64,000 nt of DNA from Verrucomicrobiota bacterium (GTDB lineage Bacteria > Verrucomicrobiota > Verrucomicrobiia > Palsa-1439), in assembly GCA_016871575.1 (NCBI GenBank), contig VHCW01000001.1, forward strand, positions 35,731-99,730. Reading direction: 5' to 3'. Positions 8,344-17,886 of this stretch are shown in pieces (within the stretch, counting starts at the first letter, position 1; each line of letters starts with the position of its first letter). A model generated the notes under the pieces. That model was given only the letters and a program-made list of their open reading frames with translations. It had not been told where the DNA came from and did no database searches. The position numbers and the translations under genes were made by a program.

Positions 8344-10143
8344 TCAACCGATGGCCCGCAACACCTCGATCACACCGGCGCCGCCGCCGGGGGACATCAG
8401 GTAGAGGCCGTCCCAACCTTCGCGCTTGACCCGGCGAATTTGCCCGCTGGCAATCTCGCGCCCGGCCTTCGCTTGATCGTCCAACGTCTCGAATGCGGCG
8501 AGCCGGTTCAGGATTTCGTCGGGCAACACGACGCCGGGCACTTCGGCGACGCGACGGGCCTGGTCGAGACTGGCGAGCACCATCACGCCGACCAGAAACG
8601 CGCAGTTGCCGCCGCGGAATGTCTCCAGCGCGGCCAGCGGTTCGTGTCGGAACGCGGGCTGGGTCATCACGTAGTCGGCGCCGTTGTCGAGCTTTTGCCG
8701 GAGCTTGTCCAGTTCGCGCCCGCGGTTGACCGCTTCCGTCTCGAACCCGGTGCCGATGGTGAAATGGGTGCGCGGGTCGGCTTGTTTGCCGAGCGGCGCG
8801 CCGCCAAAATCCACGCCGGCGTTGAGACAGGCATGTGTGAGGCGCACCATCGCCGGCGAATCGAGGTCGAAGACGGCCGTCGAACGCGGATACGTCGGCG
8901 ACATCTTCGGCGGATCGCCGGTGATGAAGAGGACGTTGTGAATGCGGTTGGCGTGATAACCGATGAGCCGGCTTTGGATGCCCATCAGATTCAGGTCGCG
9001 CGCGGCAAAGTGCGGGATGAACTCCAGCGCGCCGCCGAGCTGGCCGCGAACGATGTGGATGAAATCGCCGGGCGGCATCAACGGGATGCCGCGCGATCCA
9101 TCGGTGATGTCCACGGCGTCAGCCAGCCCGCTGGCGCTCAGTTGGCGGATGAAATCCACTTTGTGCTGGAGGGCCTTCGCGTCCGTGCCCCGCGGCGGAA
9201 GGAGTTCGACGCTGACGGCAAACTCGCCATCCACAATTTTGCGCGAGAACGGCCCGTTGGCGCGTTTCTCGGCGTCACCCGCCGCCGGTGTGGCAGCGGT
9301 GTTGACGACGGCAACGCTGCGGGTTTGGCGGGAGCGGAGGTAATTGTGCATCTCGCGAATGTGCGGCGGATGCACCTCGCAACAGCCGCCGATGAGCCGC
9401 ACGCCGCGGTCAAGAAAACTGCGGGCGAGTTTGCCGACGTACTCCGGGTTGACGTTGGTCATGAACCGGTGGCCGATGCGCTGGAAACCGCCGCCGTTGG
9501 GCATCACGGAGAGCAGCACGCCGGGAAAATCCTTCACGGCCTCGACAAAAGCGTCGGCGTCCCACGGCGCGCAGCAGTTGACGCCGGCGACGGGCACGCA
9601 CCGGGCGCGCATCCGCGCGACGAAGCCAAGCGGGTCGGCTGGGTCGGTCAGTTCGGCGATGAGCGGCGGAAGATTGGGATGCGATTGGACGACGTCGAGC
9701 GCGCTCTCCAAGTCGGCAAGCGAGCGGAACGTCTCCAACAACAACGCGTCGGGCTTGGCGGCGGTGAGCGCCTCGATCTGTTCGCGGTCAGCGCCGGGAC
9801 CGACAGACGCGAGGATGAACACCGGCTCCGCGGGCTGGAATCGGGCGATGGCGTCGCGGGCGATCTGGACGCCGGCGCGGTTGATGGCGGCAGCCTGCTT
9901 GTCGAGGCCGAACAATTGGAGCGCGGAGCGGTTGCCGCCGAAGGTGTTGGTCTTCAGGCAGCGCGCCCCGGCGGCGAGGTAGGCGAGGTGGATCTCCTGG
10001 ATCAGTTCAGGGCGGTCGAGATTGAAGGATTCATAAACATGGTTGGCCTCCGAGAGCCGGCCCGTGCGCTCGAAGAGCAGCGAACCCATCGCGCCGTCCG
10101 CCAGCAACGGCCCGTCGCGCAATGTTGTCAGGAAATCTGTCAT
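8344..10143 (-). CDS. Bifunctional homocysteine S-methyltransferase / 5,10-methylenetetrahydrofolate reductase (MTHFR).
   Basis: The N-terminal half has the S-methylmethionine/homocysteine methyltransferase (Pfam S-methyl_trans) fold (..LLADGAMGSLLFERTG..CLKTNTFGGN..). The C-terminal half is MTHFR-like (..VSVELLPPRGTD....FITGDPPK..). Start taken at MTDFL. Confidence 0.7.
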   Translation of the reverse strand: MTDFLTTLRDGPLLADGAMGSLLFERTGRLSEANHVYESFNLDRPELIQEIHLAYLAAGARCLKTNTFGGNRSALQLFGLDKQAAAINRAGVQIARDAIARFQPAEPVFILASVGPGADREQIEALTAAKPDALLLETFRSLADLESALDVVQSHPNLPPLIAELTDPADPLGFVARMRARCVPVAGVNCCAPWDADAFVEAVKDFPGVLLSVMPNGGGFQRIGHRFMTNVNPEYVGKLARSFLDRGVRLIGGCCEVHPPHIREMHNYLRSRQTRSVAVVNTAATPAAGDAEKRANGPFSRKIVDGEFAVSVELLPPRGTDAKALQHKVDFIRQLSASGLADAVDITDGSRGIPLMPPGDFIHIVRGQLGGALEFIPHFAARDLNLMGIQSRLIGYHANRIHNVLFITGDPPKMSPTYPRSTAVFDLDSPAMVRLTHACLNAGVDFGGAPLGKQADPRTHFTIGTGFETEAVNRGRELDKLRQKLDNGADYVMTQPAFRHEPLAALETFRGGNCAFLVGVMVLASLDQARRVAEVPGVVLPDEILNRLAAFETLDDQAKAGREIASGQIRRVKREGWDGLYLMSPGGGAGVIEVLRAIG

Positions 10144-10299
10144 CGCCGGCACAGTATAGTGAAACCGCGCCGCTGACAATCCTGCATCCGCCCCACCCGT
10201 ATGAATTTCATGCTACAGATGTAGCACGGAATTCATCTTGCGGGAGGGTTGCGCGCGGGATGTTTGACAGGGGCGGCGGGCGCGGCGTATAAGGGGTGC

Positions 10300-10773
10300 A
10301 TGGAACATCTTTGGGCGCCCTGGCGCATCCGTTATATTTTGGAACCAAAGGAAACCGGCTGTTTTTTCTGCCGCAAATCGCAGGAAGCCGACGACGCGAA
10401 GAACCATATTTTGATCCGCGACCGGACCTGCTTCGCCCTGCTCAACACGTACCCGTACAACCCCGGCCACCTGATGGTCGCGCCCTACAAGCACACCGGA
10501 AACCTCGATGACCTCGCCGAACAGGAACTCGGCGACCTGATGCTGTTGACGCGACGCTGCAAAAATCTTCTCGCCAAGGCGCTGAAGCCGGACGGCTTCA
10601 ACATCGGAATCAATTTCGGACGCGTCGCCGGCGCGGGCGTCGAGGACCACGTGCACGTGCACATCGTGCCGCGCTGGAACGGCGACACCAATTTCATGCC
10701 CGTGCTCGGCGACGTGCGGGTCATCCCGCAGGCGCTCGACGAACTCTACGCGGAACTTCGCAAGCAGGCATAG
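10300..10773 (+). CDS. HIT (histidine triad) family hydrolase.
   Basis: HVHVHIVPR histidine-triad motif. Start placed at MEHLWAPW. Confidence 0.8.
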   Translation: MEHLWAPWRIRYILEPKETGCFFCRKSQEADDAKNHILIRDRTCFALLNTYPYNPGHLMVAPYKHTGNLDDLAEQELGDLMLLTRRCKNLLAKALKPDGFNIGINFGRVAGAGVEDHVHVHIVPRWNGDTNFMPVLGDVRVIPQALDELYAELRKQA

Positions 10774-10788
10774 CCAGGAGCCTTCACT

Positions 10789-11496
10789 GTGGAGAACGCT
10801 GAACCGAAAGCGACACTGGCGCCTGTCACGGCTTGCATCGCGCCTTCGCTTCGCGATCGCGTGCGGCTGGCGCAGGGATTTTATTTTCTGTTTTTCGGCG
10901 GCATGGCCTCGGTGGTGTTTGTGGCAGAGATGACGCTGGCCACGGCGCCCCGTTCATTTTCCACGCCGTTGTGCGCCGGCAGCCTGTTGGCGATGCTGGT
11001 CGGTGCGTGGCGATTGCACTGTGTCAAAACACTCGGCATGGAATGGGCGCAATCGGTCCGGTGCCTGCTCATTGCGACGGCGTTGCTGGCGTATCTGTTT
11101 CCGTTTCTCTGGGCTTGGCGGCAGTTTCCCAGGAATTTTTATTTCTGCTGTCATGGCCTCGCGTTTCTCGGAATGCTGATCCTGACCGTGATGGCGATGT
11201 CGGTCGCCAGCGCCGCGCTGGCGCGGGCGGCGGGACGGACAGGGCTGACCTGGCAGATGGTGTTGAGCTTGGTCACGGCGCTCGTGATCCAACTCGCGCC
11301 GTTTACCTATCTGGCGCGCCTGCTGGCCGGCGGCGTCATGCAGGGCGAAGACGTCATGATGAAACTGCAAGCCTTCGTCGCGCATGTTCATCTATTCTGG
11401 GTGATCCTGTGGCTGCTGCCGTTCACGTTGTCGCTCTCCTTGGTCTGGACCGCCAAGGACATCGCGCTGGAACAATTGCTGGACGCAAAACAATAA
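10789..11496 (+). CDS. Hypothetical integral membrane protein.
   Basis: Multiple hydrophobic segments and no conserved motifs. The antisense ORF 10833..12209 is rejected as a shadow. Confidence 0.4.
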   Translation: MENAEPKATLAPVTACIAPSLRDRVRLAQGFYFLFFGGMASVVFVAEMTLATAPRSFSTPLCAGSLLAMLVGAWRLHCVKTLGMEWAQSVRCLLIATALLAYLFPFLWAWRQFPRNFYFCCHGLAFLGMLILTVMAMSVASAALARAAGRTGLTWQMVLSLVTALVIQLAPFTYLARLLAGGVMQGEDVMMKLQAFVAHVHLFWVILWLLPFTLSLSLVWTAKDIALEQLLDAKQ

Positions 11497-11498
11497 GC

Positions 11499-12194
11499 TT
11501 ACGAAAAACTGCGGGTGATCCGGCCTGGCTGGCGGCGCAGCAGCGGATCAGTCACGATCATCCGCACTGCGTTCCAAATCGTTTCCGGTGGACTGTGCCG
11601 CTCGATGCGCCCCGCGCGGATGGCCGCGAACAACGACAGCACCGTCGGCTCGGCGTCCACCAGCGAGTAATGCTGGCCGAACATCCAGAGGTTGTGCGCA
11701 TCGGATGTCGCCACGACGGTCTTGCCGTGCGCGGCGGCGACGCGAAGGGCCTTGCGGTTGGAATTCAGCCACGTGAAATGCAGGTGGCAATACTCGATCG
11801 CGTCGAACACGTCCATGTAGCGTTCCAACCAGCGATGCAGGCTGTGTTTGAAGAAATACGGATGCGGCGCCATCATCAACACATCGTCGCCGCGCTCGCG
11901 CCGCAACGCGCGCAGATCATCGAGTGTCCGGAGCTGTTCGCACTCGCGCTGGCTGATGTTGTAGAGCAACACATCGCCGTGCGGCGATTCCCATTCGACG
12001 CCGCGCACCAGCAACACGCCTTTGCTCCGCGCGTAGTCGAACACCCGCTCATCGTCGAGCACCACGCCGTGCAACGTCACCGCCAGCGCGCCGAAGCCGA
12101 GCGCCGCCGCCTTGTCAATCACCGCTGTCGCCGGGTGCGGCAGGCCATCCTCGGGGTCTTCGCCGGCGTGCGTGTGGAGGTCCACCTTGATCAT
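11499..12194 (-). CDS. PHP (polymerase and histidinol phosphatase) domain metal-dependent phosphoesterase.
   Basis: MIKVDLHTHAGED..., typical of the N-terminus of PHP-domain proteins. Its start overlaps the AddA-like stop (ATGA). Confidence 0.7.
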   Translation of the reverse strand: MIKVDLHTHAGEDPEDGLPHPATAVIDKAAALGFGALAVTLHGVVLDDERVFDYARSKGVLLVRGVEWESPHGDVLLYNISQRECEQLRTLDDLRALRRERGDDVLMMAPHPYFFKHSLHRWLERYMDVFDAIEYCHLHFTWLNSNRKALRVAAAHGKTVVATSDAHNLWMFGQHYSLVDAEPTVLSLFAAIRAGRIERHSPPETIWNAVRMIVTDPLLRRQPGRITRSFS

Positions 12195-15100
12195 TTCAGC
12201 ACCAGATAGCGGTCGGCGGTCACTGCGTAGAGTCCGAGTTCCTTGACGGCCTGGCCGGTGGCAGCCTGCCAGCAAGTCCGGTATGACTCCAACTGCACCC
12301 GATATTGCTCCAGCAACGTTTCCGGTCTTTCCATGCGGTCGGTTTTGTAATCCACCAACACCCAGCCGTCCGCCTCCTCAAAGGCCAAATCAATCACTCC
12401 GCGCACCAGTCCATCCGCCAACGCCACCACCACCGGCGCTTCCGCCAACCGCCGCTGGGCCTTCTGCGCCCGCTGCCACAATTCCGACTTCACCACCTTC
12501 CCCGCCACCGCCACCGCCTCACCGGCCAGCGCAACATCCAATTCCGCCGCCCGCAACGCCGACACTGCCGCCGCGTGCAAATCGCCGGCCGGCTCACGCA
12601 TCGCCGTTTGCAACAACAAATGAATCACGCTCCCCCAACGCATCCCGTCACCGTCCGTTCGCGCCATCACCGCCGCCGTTGCCGGCTTCGCGGCGCGCGT
12701 CGCGTAGGTTGGCGTTTTGATTGTCTCCCAACGCGCGGCAATCGCCGCGCGCGCCGCCGCCACGTCCGCGCCCGTCAACGTGACCGGTTTCGTCACCGGC
12801 GCCGATTGCGGTCCCGGATCCGGCAATGCCGCCGCATCTTTCAGCGCCGGTTCCAATGGATTCCACGGATTCGATGCCGCGCGTTTGTCGCGCAACGACA
12901 CGATCAACTGGTCCCGCGCCCGCGTTGCGGCGACGTAGAGCAGCCGGTTTTCCTCCGCCTGCCGGAACTGCGCTTCGCGTGCGGCGAGTTTTTCCCAATC
13001 CAGCGGATGCGCGAGCAACGATCCCCTGCCAAACGCGTTCGTCGCGCCGTACAACGCCAAGTGCCCGGTCACCCGCGCGCCGCGCCGGTCCACGTGCAAT
13101 TCCACCTCGTGCTCGCTCGCGCCGGCCGGGTCGGCCAGGAAGACCACCGGCGCTTGCAGTCCCTTGACCTTGTGCAAATTCATCACGCGCACCGCGGCGC
13201 CGGTCGGCGCGGTCGCCGATGCGCCGTCGTGCGGTTCATCCGCCGTTGCCCACCGTCCCAACTGTTCCACCATCGCCGCCGCCGTCGGCCAGTCCGCCTG
13301 CCCGGCGCGCAACAACTCCAGCGCCTTGCCGAGGCTGCCGGCTTCCACGTCGCCGCCCGGCGCGCCGGCCGCCAGCGGCAACAAACCGAGGTCGTTCGCG
13401 ACCCGTTCCACCGCAATCACCGGCGCCAGCGACCCCAACCACTCCGCAAACCGGCGCAACACCGCAAACGCTTCGCCCATCGGCCCGGTCGCGTCGCTCC
13501 GCCAATCAAACCGCCCGCCGGCGCGCCGGTGGGCGTACAGTTCCTCGTCGCTGAACCCGAACAACTCGCTGCGCAACGCCGCCACGACCGCGACCGGGTT
13601 GTCGGGTTCGAGCGCGGCGCGCAACGCGGCGTGCCAGAGACCGAGTTCGCGCACTTCGTTGAGCGAACTGCCGCCGGTCACCTCGTGCGGCAGGCCGAGT
13701 TGTTGCAGCGCGTCGGCGTACACGCTCAGCCGGTCCTTCCGTCGGGTGACGATGAGAAAATCTCCCGGCGTCCGGCCCGATGCGCGGATGTGCCGCGCGA
13801 TGAAATCCGCCTCGGCAACCGCGATGTCGCTCTGATTGTCGCCGGTGACCTTGACCTGAAAAACGGCGGCATCAGCGGGTTGCTCCTCGCGCCCCACCAA
13901 AAACGGCACATACCCCGGCGCGACTTCGTTCGCCGCGGCGGGGAAGAACTTGCCGCCGCCAAACACCGCGTTCACCCAATCCACCACCGGCCTGGCCGAG
14001 CGGAAGTTCGCCGACAGCGTGACGACCGCGCCGCCGGTGTCCTGGATGATTTGTTTCACCGTGTTGTACGTCACGATGTCGGCGCGGCGGAACCGGTAGA
14101 TGGACTGCTTCGGGTCGCCGACCACAAACAACGACCCCGGCGCGGGCCGGCACTTGCGCCAGTCGCGTTCGCGCAGGTTCTCGGCGGTCAACAGCAACAT
14201 CACTTCGGCCTGCACCGGGTCGGTGTCCTGAAACTCGTCCACGAGCACGTGCGTAAACCGGCGGCGGAAGTATTGCCGGACTTCGGGGCGCTCGCGCAGC
14301 AGCTTGGCGGCGAGCAACAACAAATCCTGGAAATTCAATCCGTGCGCCGCCTCGCGTTGCCGGTCATAGACGGCCCGCACGCCCTGCAACACGCGCAGCA
14401 CCGACGGATACCGGTGCGCCCGCCACGCCGTCACGAACGGCCCGGCCACGTCGTCGCAAAACTTGTCCCACTGTTCGTGTTCGCGCAACGCCTGTTCCTT
14501 GCCGTTGGGCCAATACTTGTGCGTGCACTTGCGGCCCGGTTTGAACTGCTCCAGAATCTCCGCCACTTCCGAGCGGCGCGCCAGGTCGTGCGAGCGCAAC
14601 ATCCGCAGCACGCGACGGAACAATCCTGCCAACTCGTCCGTGCCATTCGGATCCGGCAGGTTTTTCTCCATGTGCGCCGCGTATTCGCGCAGCGCCGCCA
14701 CCGCCGGCATCAACGCCGGCGCCGGCACTTCGGGCGCGGGCCAGTCGTGCACATCCGGGTAGTTGGCGAACCGTTGGAACGCCGGCCACAAATCCGCCAG
14801 CGGGATGCCGAGTTCATCCAACTCGTTGAGCAGCGAATCGTCCTTTGCGAACAACTCGTTTGTGAAGTTTTCCCACGCCTGATGGCGGAGCCGTCCGTCG
14901 CGTTCGTCGTCGAGTTCCTCGAAATCCGGGTCCACGCCCGCCTCGACCGGCCGCTCGCGCAGCAGTCGCCCGCAAAACGAATGCACCGTGCTGATCTGGC
15001 ATTGCGCCGCCTGGGGAAGTTTCTCACGCAACCGCTCGCGCAGTTCCGCCGCCGCCTTGCGGGTGAACGTCACCGCCGCCAGCGTGTCGGCGCTGCATTT

Positions 15101-15235
15101 GCCGGCATTGACGAGCGCGACGATGCGGTTCACCATCGCCGTGGTCTTGCCGGTGCCGGCGGCGGCCTCGACGATCATTGTCGTGTCGAGTTGCGCGGTG
15201 ATTTTGCGGCGCTCGTTGTGGTCGGGAGGGTTCAT
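12191..15235 (-). CDS. addA: AddA-like ATP-dependent helicase/nuclease (UvrD-family helicase with a C-terminal PD-(D/E)XK nuclease).
   Basis: Walker A motif AAAGTGKTT. C-terminal nuclease motif ..VDYKTDR. The start at MNPPDH overlaps the upstream gene by 4 nt. Confidence 0.78.
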   Translation of the reverse strand: MNPPDHNERRKITAQLDTTMIVEAAAGTGKTTAMVNRIVALVNAGKCSADTLAAVTFTRKAAAELRERLREKLPQAAQCQISTVHSFCGRLLRERPVEAGVDPDFEELDDERDGRLRHQAWENFTNELFAKDDSLLNELDELGIPLADLWPAFQRFANYPDVHDWPAPEVPAPALMPAVAALREYAAHMEKNLPDPNGTDELAGLFRRVLRMLRSHDLARRSEVAEILEQFKPGRKCTHKYWPNGKEQALREHEQWDKFCDDVAGPFVTAWRAHRYPSVLRVLQGVRAVYDRQREAAHGLNFQDLLLLAAKLLRERPEVRQYFRRRFTHVLVDEFQDTDPVQAEVMLLLTAENLRERDWRKCRPAPGSLFVVGDPKQSIYRFRRADIVTYNTVKQIIQDTGGAVVTLSANFRSARPVVDWVNAVFGGGKFFPAAANEVAPGYVPFLVGREEQPADAAVFQVKVTGDNQSDIAVAEADFIARHIRASGRTPGDFLIVTRRKDRLSVYADALQQLGLPHEVTGGSSLNEVRELGLWHAALRAALEPDNPVAVVAALRSELFGFSDEELYAHRRAGGRFDWRSDATGPMGEAFAVLRRFAEWLGSLAPVIAVERVANDLGLLPLAAGAPGGDVEAGSLGKALELLRAGQADWPTAAAMVEQLGRWATADEPHDGASATAPTGAAVRVMNLHKVKGLQAPVVFLADPAGASEHEVELHVDRRGARVTGHLALYGATNAFGRGSLLAHPLDWEKLAAREAQFRQAEENRLLYVAATRARDQLIVSLRDKRAASNPWNPLEPALKDAAALPDPGPQSAPVTKPVTLTGADVAAARAAIAARWETIKTPTYATRAAKPATAAVMARTDGDGMRWGSVIHLLLQTAMREPAGDLHAAAVSALRAAELDVALAGEAVAVAGKVVKSELWQRAQKAQRRLAEAPVVVALADGLVRGVIDLAFEEADGWVLVDYKTDRMERPETLLEQYRVQLESYRTCWQAATGQAVKELGLYAVTADRYLVLK

Positions 15236-17805
15236 CGCCGGCAGATGCTCCGGTAATCGCAGAACGCGCAGTCGTCCGCATCGGTCGTTGCCGCAAACGT
15301 GCCGGCGGCGATCAGGCCGCGCAACCGCACCAGCAGTTCCGGCGCGCCCGCCAGTTGCAGGGGCGTGAACGTGATCCGCTCGCCGCGTCCTTTCTCCGTG
15401 GGGAAGAAATAGCCGAACGACACCACCGGCTTGCCGTAGTGCGCCCGCGCCAGTTCGATGTACACCGCGTGCTGCAAAATCCGGCCGCCATTGAACGGGT
15501 CGTCGCGTTTGGTGCGGTAGGGCGACGGGCTGCCGGTCTTGTAGTCCCACAACGCCAGTCCCGCGTCCGTCTCGTCCACGCGGTCAATCCGTCCGCGCAG
15601 ATGAATCGTCGTCCCGTCCGGCAACGCCACCGGCACGCCTTTGATGTCGCGCTCGAAATCAATCGGTTTCCCGTCGAATGTCTCGGCGGCGAAAATCCGC
15701 GCGGCCCGTTCCAGCCGCCGGCAATCGCGACGGAACACGCCTTCGTTGGGCGGCGGGAATTTCTCGCGGTAACGACTGATCCGTTGTTCCAACACAGCAG
15801 ACAACGCCGCGCCGTCGCGCAGGTGCCGGTGAAAGACCTCGTGCAAGAGCTGGCCGAACTCCGAGGGCGGCAGCCAGCGTTCCGTGTCCAATTCCAACTC
15901 TTCCGGCTCCTGCAAGCCGAGCGCGTAGTGGAAGAAATACCGCAGCGGACACGTCCCGACTGCTTCCAGCCGGTGCGGCGAGAACAACCGGTCCGCCGCG
16001 ACCGCCGGGTCGAGGTCCGGCCCCGCGGCCGGCACGTGGCCGTCGAACGGGGTGAACTCGTCGCTGCCGCGTTGCGCCGCCGCGCGTTGGCCGCGGCCGA
16101 GCCACGGGAAACGTTCGCCGATTTGTTGTGCCGCGTCGCGCACCGGTCCCGCGGCGCACAAACGCCAGAGCCACCACTCGGTTTCCGAGAGCGCTTCCGC
16201 TTCGGTTGCCGGTGCGGTGGCGGCTGTTTTCGCCGCCGGCAGGACAACACCGGGGAAAAGCTCGCTGTCATCGGCCACGTTGCGGCTCGCGTAACTTGCC
16301 GTGACCGTGCCGCGCAACCGGGCGCGGAGGTGTTCAAACGCTTGCGCCGCTTCCGCGCGGCGGTCTTGCGATTGCGCCAGGCCGAGCGGCTCGCGTTCGC
16401 TGTCGAGCAACACCGGGTCCTGCCGGCCGGCGGGCGGAAATCGGTCGGCATCCAAGCCGACGATGAACGTGTGCGGACGCCCGGAATGTCCGCCGTTCTC
16501 CCAACCGGCCACGTAGAGGTGGCCGGGACGCGGGCCTTGGCCGAGCACGCTCGTCTCGCGCAGCAACGCCAGCAGCCATTCGCGGACATTGATCGTGTCG
16601 TCGCCCGCCGGCAACCACGACGCCAACTCGGCGATGCGTTCCTGCAGGATCTCGCGGGTGTAGTTGTCGAGTTCGTTCAAGCATCGGGCGTGTTTTGCAA
16701 GAAACTCGGCAGCGGCTTCGAGCGGCGGACGGACGGCCAGAGCGAGCAATCGCGCCACCGGCGAATGCAACGCGCGCAACGCGTCGCGCCGGCGCTGCAA
16801 GGCCGGCTTGTGCTCGTCGTCCGCTTCCTCTGCCTGCTGTTGGAGGCCGGTGATCTGCGCGTCGAGTTGGGAGAGATACCGGTCGCGCCCGAAACCGATG
16901 GGCACAACGCGCAACGCGGCGGCGAGGTTACCGGGAATGCCTTCCAGCAGGCCGTCGCGGATCATTGCGACGAGCGCGGTTTGCGGAAAACCGTCGCTGC
17001 TCCATGCCAGCCACGCGGCAAGCGCGCGGCTCGGCCGGGAGTAGCGCGCCGGTATGCCCTCGGCAAAGGTGACCGGCGCGTCGAGGTTCTCGGCCAGTTC
17101 GTAGCAGCGCGGCACGTAGGTGCCGGCGTCGGTGTGGAGGATTTCGACTTCGTCGAGCGGCCAGCCGTTGGCGAGGCAGCGGCGGAGGACTTCGCGGAGT
17201 TCGTTCGTTTCGCCGACGGCCGTGAAGGCGTCGGTGAACGCCGGCGCGGGCGGTTCATCCACCGGCAAGATGGTGTGGGGAATTTCCTGGAGCGGGCCGA
17301 TATCGAGGTCGGCGGGGACAAGGACGGTCGCGACCGGGAGGTCGCTCCCACGAGCCAACTGGAACAGTTCGGCGTCGTCCACGAGATGATGTTTGTCCAA
17401 CTCCTGCTGGTAACCGCGCAGGAGGGCGAACAGGTCGCGGCCTTTGGCGGCGGCTTCGAACCGGCCGCGTTCGATGTCGTCAGGTTCGACGCCGGCCAGG
17501 CGGAGATCGTGGAGCGTGGCGGCGAGGCGCTCGGCGAGGGCGAGGCTGGGGCGAAGTCCGCCGAGGTAGCCGGCGCCGAGTTGTTTCAGGAGCCGGGCGG
17601 CGAGGACGACGCGGCCGAGCGGAGTGATGAGTTGGCGTCCGTTGAGTTTTGGCCCGGCGAGTTCGAGGGCGAGTGAAAGCGGGGTGTGGAGGCGGACATT
17701 GACGACGGGCTGCCCGGCGCGGGCGCAGGCGTCGAGCCACTGGAGGCCGACGCGGCGGTTGGGGCAGAGCAGCCATTTTTCCCGGAGCAAATCCGTGCGC
17801 GCCAT
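15232..17805 (-). CDS. addB: AddB-like PD-(D/E)XK nuclease subunit with a C-terminal Fe-S cluster motif.
   Basis: C-terminal ..WDYKTG.. and CAFCDYRSIC (Cx2Cx5C), with a distal Cys in GTCPLRY. Start chosen at MARTDLL (17805). The long 5' extension of the ORF is GC-shadow-like. Confidence 0.7.
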   Translation of the reverse strand: MARTDLLREKWLLCPNRRVGLQWLDACARAGQPVVNVRLHTPLSLALELAGPKLNGRQLITPLGRVVLAARLLKQLGAGYLGGLRPSLALAERLAATLHDLRLAGVEPDDIERGRFEAAAKGRDLFALLRGYQQELDKHHLVDDAELFQLARGSDLPVATVLVPADLDIGPLQEIPHTILPVDEPPAPAFTDAFTAVGETNELREVLRRCLANGWPLDEVEILHTDAGTYVPRCYELAENLDAPVTFAEGIPARYSRPSRALAAWLAWSSDGFPQTALVAMIRDGLLEGIPGNLAAALRVVPIGFGRDRYLSQLDAQITGLQQQAEEADDEHKPALQRRRDALRALHSPVARLLALAVRPPLEAAAEFLAKHARCLNELDNYTREILQERIAELASWLPAGDDTINVREWLLALLRETSVLGQGPRPGHLYVAGWENGGHSGRPHTFIVGLDADRFPPAGRQDPVLLDSEREPLGLAQSQDRRAEAAQAFEHLRARLRGTVTASYASRNVADDSELFPGVVLPAAKTAATAPATEAEALSETEWWLWRLCAAGPVRDAAQQIGERFPWLGRGQRAAAQRGSDEFTPFDGHVPAAGPDLDPAVAADRLFSPHRLEAVGTCPLRYFFHYALGLQEPEELELDTERWLPPSEFGQLLHEVFHRHLRDGAALSAVLEQRISRYREKFPPPNEGVFRRDCRRLERAARIFAAETFDGKPIDFERDIKGVPVALPDGTTIHLRGRIDRVDETDAGLALWDYKTGSPSPYRTKRDDPFNGGRILQHAVYIELARAHYGKPVVSFGYFFPTEKGRGERITFTPLQLAGAPELLVRLRGLIAAGTFAATTDADDCAFCDYRSICRR

Positions 17806-17886
17806 CTCTGCCAGCGCGGACAAAAAAACCGCGGCGCTTTTGCGTGGTGTTTTGGCCGGAAAATTGTTAGTTGTTTCCACGAGACG

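Noticed and set aside
12283-12720. Proline-rich 145-aa plus-strand ORF (PPPPPHRPAQHPIPPP).
   Set aside because: It is antisense to the well-supported AddA-like helicase gene, and its low complexity is explained by the GC-rich coding sequence on the other strand.
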